A program made the translations under genes and the position numbers. A stretch of 31,253 bases of DNA from Octopus sinensis (taxonomy: Eukaryota), in NCBI RefSeq assembly GCF_006345805.1, contig NW_021832467.1:1-31253 (forward strand). The letters run 5' to 3'. Position 1 is the stretch's first letter. Each line of letters starts with the position of its first letter. Under the pieces are notes generated by a model. The model saw only the letters and a list, made by a program, of their open reading frames with translations, searched no databases and had not been told where the DNA came from. Positions 25,678-31,253 of this stretch are shown here, one piece after another.

Positions 25678-25761
25678 CATCATCATCATCATCATCATTA
25701 TTATTATCATTATTATTATTGTTGTTGTTGTTGCTGTTGTTGTTTGTTATTAATATTATTA

Positions 25762-25835
25762 TCCAGGTCACTGCTTGGAATCGAACTCGGAATCTTGGGG
25801 TTAGTAGCCCGCGCTCTTAACCTCTACGGGATATG
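25762..25835 (-). mobile_element. tRNA-like head of copy A of the hammerhead element
   Basis: Minus strand reads gttaagagcgcgggctactaaccccaagattccgagttcgattcc (B box GTTCGATTCC). Confidence 0.8.
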
Positions 25836-25872
25836 GCCAGCCCGTGCTTTAAACCAGGACGCCATATGCGCG

Positions 25873-25977
25873 TTGTTAAGAGCACAGGCTACTAACCCCA
25901 AGATTCTGAGTTCGATTCCAAGCAGTGACATGGATAATAATAATAATCATAACAATAACAACAACAACAACAACAAC

Positions 25978-26029
<52 letters not shown>

Positions 26030-26250
26030 TAATAATAATAATATGATAATAATAATAATAATAATAATGATAAATATAATGATGATGATGATGATGATGA
26101 TGATGACAACAACATCGAAAAACACCTTTGGAATGAGAACCCAGGTTCGAAATTTCCCCAAGACACCAACTGAAGACTGCAGGGTATATCAGCCGAAACG
26201 TTACGTTAACAACAAACAAAATGAGGAGAAATATCCATCAAATGTAAATA
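25873..26250 (+). mobile_element. tRNA-head/(TAA)n/hammerhead element, copy B (core degenerate)
   Basis: Head 25875-25934, microsatellite to ~26112, then ggaatgagaacccaggttcgaaatttccccaagacac...cagccgaaacgtt and tail. Confidence 0.85.
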
Positions 26251-26496
26251 TTGGAGAACGAATTAGTTTACTATACAAGAAGCGATACTAACTAATGGAA
26301 AGGTCTCGTAAAGGTTCCGTTTAACACATTTCGCCCACAACTCTTGTGAGCAGAACGCTGCATTTCTTCTGTGAATGAGAAACGTGGCGTTACTCGACAA
26401 AGGCGTATTAAGGATGAGCCTCATTCACATTGCTTTGCTCTCAGGTTAGTCGCGACTGAGTTGATCTACAATGATCATATAGTCTTTCTGTATATA

Positions 26497-26667
26497 GGCG
26501 CATGAGTGGCTGTGTGGTAAGTAGCTTGCTAACCAACCACATGGTTCCGGGTTCAGTCCTACTGCGTGGCATCTTTGGCAAGTGTCTTCTGCTATAGCCT
26601 CGGGCCGACCAATGCCTTGTGAGTGGATTTGGTAGACGGGAACTGAAAGAAGCCTGTCGTATATATG

Positions 26668-26700
<33 letters not shown>

Positions 26701-26895
26701 TTGTGTGTTTGTCCCCTAGCATTGCTTGACAACCGATGCTGGTGTGTTTACGTCCCCGTCACTTAGCGGTTCGGCAAAAGAGACCGATAGAATAAGTACT
26801 GGGCTTACAAAGAATAAGTCCCGGTGTCGATTTGCTCGACTAAAAGGCGGTGCTCCAGCATGGCCGCAGTCAAATAACTGAAACAAGTAAAAGAG
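26497..26895 (+). mobile_element. Full-length tRNA-derived SINE with internal (TA)/(TG) tract
   Basis: A box tggctgtgtggtaag, B box gggttcagtcc, body and A-rich end; second copy at 21075 and a very decayed one near 29160-29330. Confidence 0.88.
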
Positions 26896-27665
26896 GGAGA
26901 GTAAAGGATTAAGTTACATTGTGATTTTATTATTTTATTTTTAAATAGTAGAAAACGTTTATGAAGTTAATTGGTCTTTATTTTGAGCAGCTTTAGTGGC
27001 CATGTAGAAGCTCCCATGTTTAATCATGGCAAGTACCTTTGTTTTATGAATTCAAAAGAGACTATTCTCCGATTGATACATGCGAATTTGAGAGGTGAAA
27101 CGGAGTAGTGGTTGCAGGACATCTATTTAGATACCTAGGTTTGTTGATGTCGGAATGCAAGTTAAATTGACAATCGTTTTGGTGCAAAACGGGATAGATA
27201 TCCGGTGTGAGATACTTTGAATAATAGATTTTAATATTGTATAACGAGGTTTGAATGAGAGTTAAAGTGTTCGGATTTCGTACGCTTCAATCATCAAGCT
27301 TTGAAGTTCGACGTGATATTGCCTAAGTTATAGATACTTGGAAATAAAGGAAAACATATTCATGGACGTGTGCAGAGCAAACGGCGTACATTTACTGATA
27401 TAAAAGTGGCAGAGAGAAAGCGGCATAAATTTTATGTTCCATAAAAGACGTATAATGATACGTTTGAAAGGCTAAATGATTGACATTTGTGGACGTGGAT
27501 GTGAAAGTGATCAAAGGTTTTCTTCCTTCTCTGTTAGAATAATTCCAGTGCATTTTATCAGATAACAAATTCTGGGATGATGTGTTTTGAAATTTTGGTG
27601 GAGAAGGAAGTGTAAGACATACTTCTTCGACAAGGAGTGCCATTGCTACAGAAACAGACAGGATC

Positions 27666-27666
27666 A

Positions 27667-27721
<55 letters not shown>

Positions 27722-27829
27722 ATATATATATTATATATATATTCCTTAGAAACATACTCGCAAACGCACGTACGCACACACACACACTCACACCACACAT
27801 ACACATAAGTATCTATATATACGTATGTA

Positions 27830-27864
<35 letters not shown>

Positions 27865-27875
27865 GCGTGTGTATG

Positions 27876-27920
<45 letters not shown>

Positions 27921-27989
27921 GTATATATATATATATACACACATACATGTGTTTGTGTATGAGTATACATGCAATGCATACACTCATAC

Positions 27990-28042
<53 letters not shown>

Positions 28043-28097
28043 ATATACATACATATATATATATATACATACATATATATATATATATATATACATA

Positions 28098-28148
<51 letters not shown>
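27666..28148. repeat. (TA)n/(CA)n/(TACA)n low-complexity block
   Basis: Directly visible. Confidence 0.95.
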
Positions 28149-28305
28149 GAAATATTATTTGAGACAAACCACTATTTTGCAAAACAAACAAGGAAAGACT
28201 TAATCAATACATAAAATTTAATAAATAGTCAAAAAAACCGCCACTACAATCGTTTCTTGATCGACAATCTTCAGGTGGACTTCCAATAATTCAGTTACAA
28301 ATTAT
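28149..28305 (-). mobile_element. ~155-bp insert in (TA)n carrying a hammerhead motif
   Basis: (TA)n on both sides; contains 28241-28278. Confidence 0.6.
28241..28278 (-). ncRNA. Minimal type-I hammerhead ribozyme motif
   Basis: CCAC-CUGAAGA-UUG(ucgau)CAA-GAAAC(gauu)GUA-GUGG: all core nucleotides present, GUA cleavage triplet. Confidence 0.8.
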
Positions 28306-28414
28306 TATATATATATATATACATACGCACACACATATATTATCGAGTTAGAAAACAGAGGGAGCTAATAGATACAAATTAATTTGTTAATGAATTGACA
28401 TACTCAACTACAAT

Positions 28415-28700
28415 TGGGTTCTCATTCCCTGTGGGATGAAGTTAATATAATAGAGAACACCACTGGAAAATACGGAAACTATGATCAACATATGGGAATC
28501 GGTATTAAGGAGGGATAGGAAAATATGAGATCTATAAATTCACTCCATAATTGCCCACAGGTATATGGTGTAGTGGTTAATAGCGCGGGTTACTAACCCC
28601 ATGAAGGCTGGAGGGTATATCAACCGAAACGTTGTGTTGACAACAAACAAGATGAGGACAAATATCCGTCATAATTCCTCATCTCTTAAATATAGAACTG
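28415..28700 (+). mobile_element. Internally deleted copy C of the hammerhead element with upstream Penelope-like ORF tail
   Basis: LWDEVNII/REHHWKIRKL/NIWESVL...* resembles a GIY-YIG C-terminus. It is followed by the tRNA-like A box tggtgtagtggttaa fused directly to atgaaggctggagggtatatcaaccgaaacgttgtgtt and the shared tail. Confidence 0.78.
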
Positions 28701-29928
28701 TAATTCTTTCTCATTGGTTCTTGAAGTCTTGTAAGTGAAAATGGTACACCCAATTAGGGTGCCATTAGAGAAATTCACAGTGTTGCAAGATTTGCTTCGT
28801 TTATTCCTGCAGATATTGACCTATTGATTTTCAGCTTCAGCCTTTTCAAATACACAAGCTGAGAGTGTTGTTAGACATCATCGTTACCCCCCTTTTTTTC
28901 TCTACATGCGGAAAAGCAAAAAATGTAAAAACGTATAAACTGGGTCGAAATATATTCATACAATATTAATATATTGAGCAATTTATCTCACTCAACCAGG
29001 TCTTTCTTTCTATGACCAACACAATTTAATGTAGACTAAAGTTTCTTTTCAGAATCGGAGCTAAATTTTATTTTTGAACAATGTACATGTAACGTTCAAT
29101 CATCTATTCACATTTAGAATGTTTATGTGGTCTCTGAAGAGAGTCATTTCACTGATTAGAATGGCCACGTGTATGTATAAATGGATATGAAATTAGTTTC
29201 GGAATCATTTGTTTCCAGATCTGATTCTGTTACATAGTGCATTAAATAAATATCATCTCCAGCTTCCATTTGTTTCAAGCCTTACGAGCGAAAATGGATA
29301 AACGAAAAATGAATAGAAGCCTTTGTATAGTAAACATTTTCTTTCTCTTGGTTTAACACTAGCGCCTGGCTATAAAGTGCTTTTAGCAGAATCCACAACA
29401 GCAGTTTATGAGTCGTAATACATTCCAGCTTTTTCAGACTGATATAAAACCAACATGAACGTTATATTTCCTACACTGAGCTATAAAACTTTTTCTCTTA
29501 TATGAAGTAGAACAAAACTACGGTAACTGAAGAACTGCATTTTAATTTTCATATCTATGAATATCAAAACGGTTTAGCTGTATTTGTTGCAGAATATTTA
29601 TAATCAATTTTGGTCATATAGTTGCAGTATTCATTGACAGTATACTTGAAGTATTTACAAGGAGCAGATTGTCGTCATTCATTGCCAGTATCATTTGGTT
29701 GTAGATTGGCCATTTTCAGTCCAATAAACTTGAAATGAATTTCCAGTATCATTCGATCGGTGAATAAATCGCATTATTGCCAATACTTATGCCCCTTTCC
29801 TCTCTTGAGTTCAAATTACGTCATGTCCATTCAAATATAGTACTAGTTTTTGCTGTATTTCACTAGAACGATTTTGATAGGGTAGATTTCAATGTGCAAT
29901 CAAAGCTATTCCAGCAGTTATTATACCA

Positions 29929-30071
29929 CAGAGGCGGACTGAGATTATTAAGGGCTCTCGGGCATAACTGTTTACCGGGACCCTTTAGTAGAGTTAACAA
30001 TTTGAGTGCGGGCCTCTCAGAGCTCTGGCCCCCGGGCAGTGCCCCTGTTACCCGGTTACATCCACAACCAG
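29929..30071. mobile_element. Possible decayed GC-rich MITE
   Basis: GC island beginning agaggcgga and containing ggcccccgggcagtgcccc, typical of small non-autonomous DNA transposons; TIRs are poorly matched. Confidence 0.3.
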
Positions 30072-30401
30072 AATATCTTGTTTATCATACTTTTTCAAAG
30101 GTTTGTAAGGTTTTACTGATATTTTTAGGAGTTATAGTTACATTGTAGAACTTTCTCCCATCACTCAGATAGGCGCTGGTCTTTGGAATCGAGTGTACAT
30201 CGATTAAATATTTGGTCTTGCATTATGTGTAACAAAAAATAATGAAATGGTTTCATTCTTGCGAACTCGCTATATTTTTTTCCAACAGCTACAAGAGAAG
30301 ATACATATTAATACCAAACAATACTAGGAAATTTGAAGTTCAAAAGAAGCTTAAACTAATCATAAAAATAACAACAACAACAAAACATTAGTTATAATAT
30401 T

Positions 30402-30615
30402 AGTTTCAAATTTTGACACAAGGCCAGCAATTTCGGAGAAGTGAGTGGAATCGATTTCATCGACCCCAGTGATCGACTGATATTTATTTAATTGATTCCT
30501 GAAAGTAGGAAAGATAAAATCGGCATGAGCAGGATTTGAACTCAGAATATAAAAAAGGACGAAATGCCGCTAAGCATTTTGTCCAGCGTTTTAAGGATTC
30601 TGCCGGTTCGCCGCC
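30402..30615 (-). mobile_element. tRNA-derived SINE (octopus OR-like)
   Basis: Reverse complement of the 31037 and 10221 family (ggatttgaactcagaa...gacgaaatgccgctaagcattt...ctgccggttcgccgcc). Confidence 0.88.
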
Positions 30616-30630
30616 ATAAAATCAATAATA

Positions 30631-31030
30631 ACCCTTTCTACTACAGGTAAAAGACCTGGATTTTGCGAGGAGGGGGATAGTCTATCACATCGACCACAGT
30701 ACTCAACTGATATCTAATTTATCAACTCCGAAAGGATGAAGGACCAAAGTCTAACTCGGCGGAATTTGAACTCAGAATGTTGCGGCAGACGAAATACCTA
30801 TTTCTTTACTACCCACAAGGGGCTAAACACAGAGTAGACAAACAAGGACAGACAAACGGATTAAGTTGATTACATCGACCCCAGTCTGTAACTGGTACTT
30901 AATTTATCGATCTCGAAAGGATGAAAGGCAAAGTCGACCTCGGCGGAATTTGAACTCAGAACGTAGCGACCGACGAAATACCACTAGGCATTTCGCTAGG
31001 TGTGCTAATGACTCTGCCAGCTCCCTGCCT
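30631..31030 (-). mobile_element. Tandem/dimeric SINE (two bodies, 30631-30798 and 30799-31030)
   Basis: catcgacc...gaaaggatgaa...ctcggcggaatttgaactcagaa...gacgaaatacc occurs twice; only the second has a complete head. Confidence 0.88.
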
Positions 31031-31036
31031 TTGTTA

Positions 31037-31253
31037 AGGCGGTGAGCTAGCAGAAACGTTAGCACGCCGGACAAATGGCTTAGCGGCATTTAATGACTCT
31101 TTACGTTCTGAGTTCAAGTTCCGCCGAGGTCGAATTTGTTTTCATTCTTACCGCGTCAATAGAATAAGTACCAGTTCAGCACCAGCCCAAAGATCGGTAT
31201 AATCGATTTATCTCCTCCTTGTAATCTCTGGCTTTCTGCCACGATTTGAAACG
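31037..31253 (+). mobile_element. tRNA-derived SINE (octopus OR-like)
   Basis: aggcggtgagctagcagaaacgttagcacgccgg...gagttcaagttccgccgaggtcga...aataagtaccagt...tttgaaac. Confidence 0.9.

Noticed and set aside
25875-25934. Functional tRNA gene (loop CTACTAA)
   Set aside because: No acceptor stem and only a partial anticodon stem; it is the head of a repeated element. The same applies to the other SINE heads.
26162-26208. Active hammerhead in copy B (and in copy C, 28601-28638)
   Set aside because: Core mutated to CAACUGA with a disrupted helix I in B; CUG and the 5' strand of helix I are deleted in C.
286-28214. Numerous ORFs with poly-I, poly-N, poly-L, (YI)n, (VC)n, (HT)n or (YLSI)n
   Set aside because: They are stop-free readings of microsatellites, not proteins.

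Overview
AT-rich eukaryotic intergenic or intronic DNA made almost entirely of microsatellites and mobile-element debris. The tRNA-derived SINE families and repeat density point to a cephalopod, probably Octopus; this is inferred from recalled repeat families, not searched. No intact host protein-coding gene is supported, and most ORFs in the track are translated microsatellites. Recognisable elements are a near-full-length, decayed R4/Dong-clade LINE sitting in (TAA)n (21609-25617, minus), a 5'-truncated Tx1/L1 LINE in (GATA)n, Tc1 and mariner transposase relics, an RTE 3' fragment, a 370-bp RTE-derived element with a 9-bp TSD, probable Penelope relics and many SINEs. The most striking signal is a set of at least four sequence-unrelated minimal type-I hammerhead ribozyme motifs. 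They lie in small elements inserted in (TA)n, in a 442-bp near-perfect palindrome, and in a three-copy element that joins a Penelope-like ORF tail, a tRNA-like Pol III head, a (TAA)n spacer and a hammerhead.
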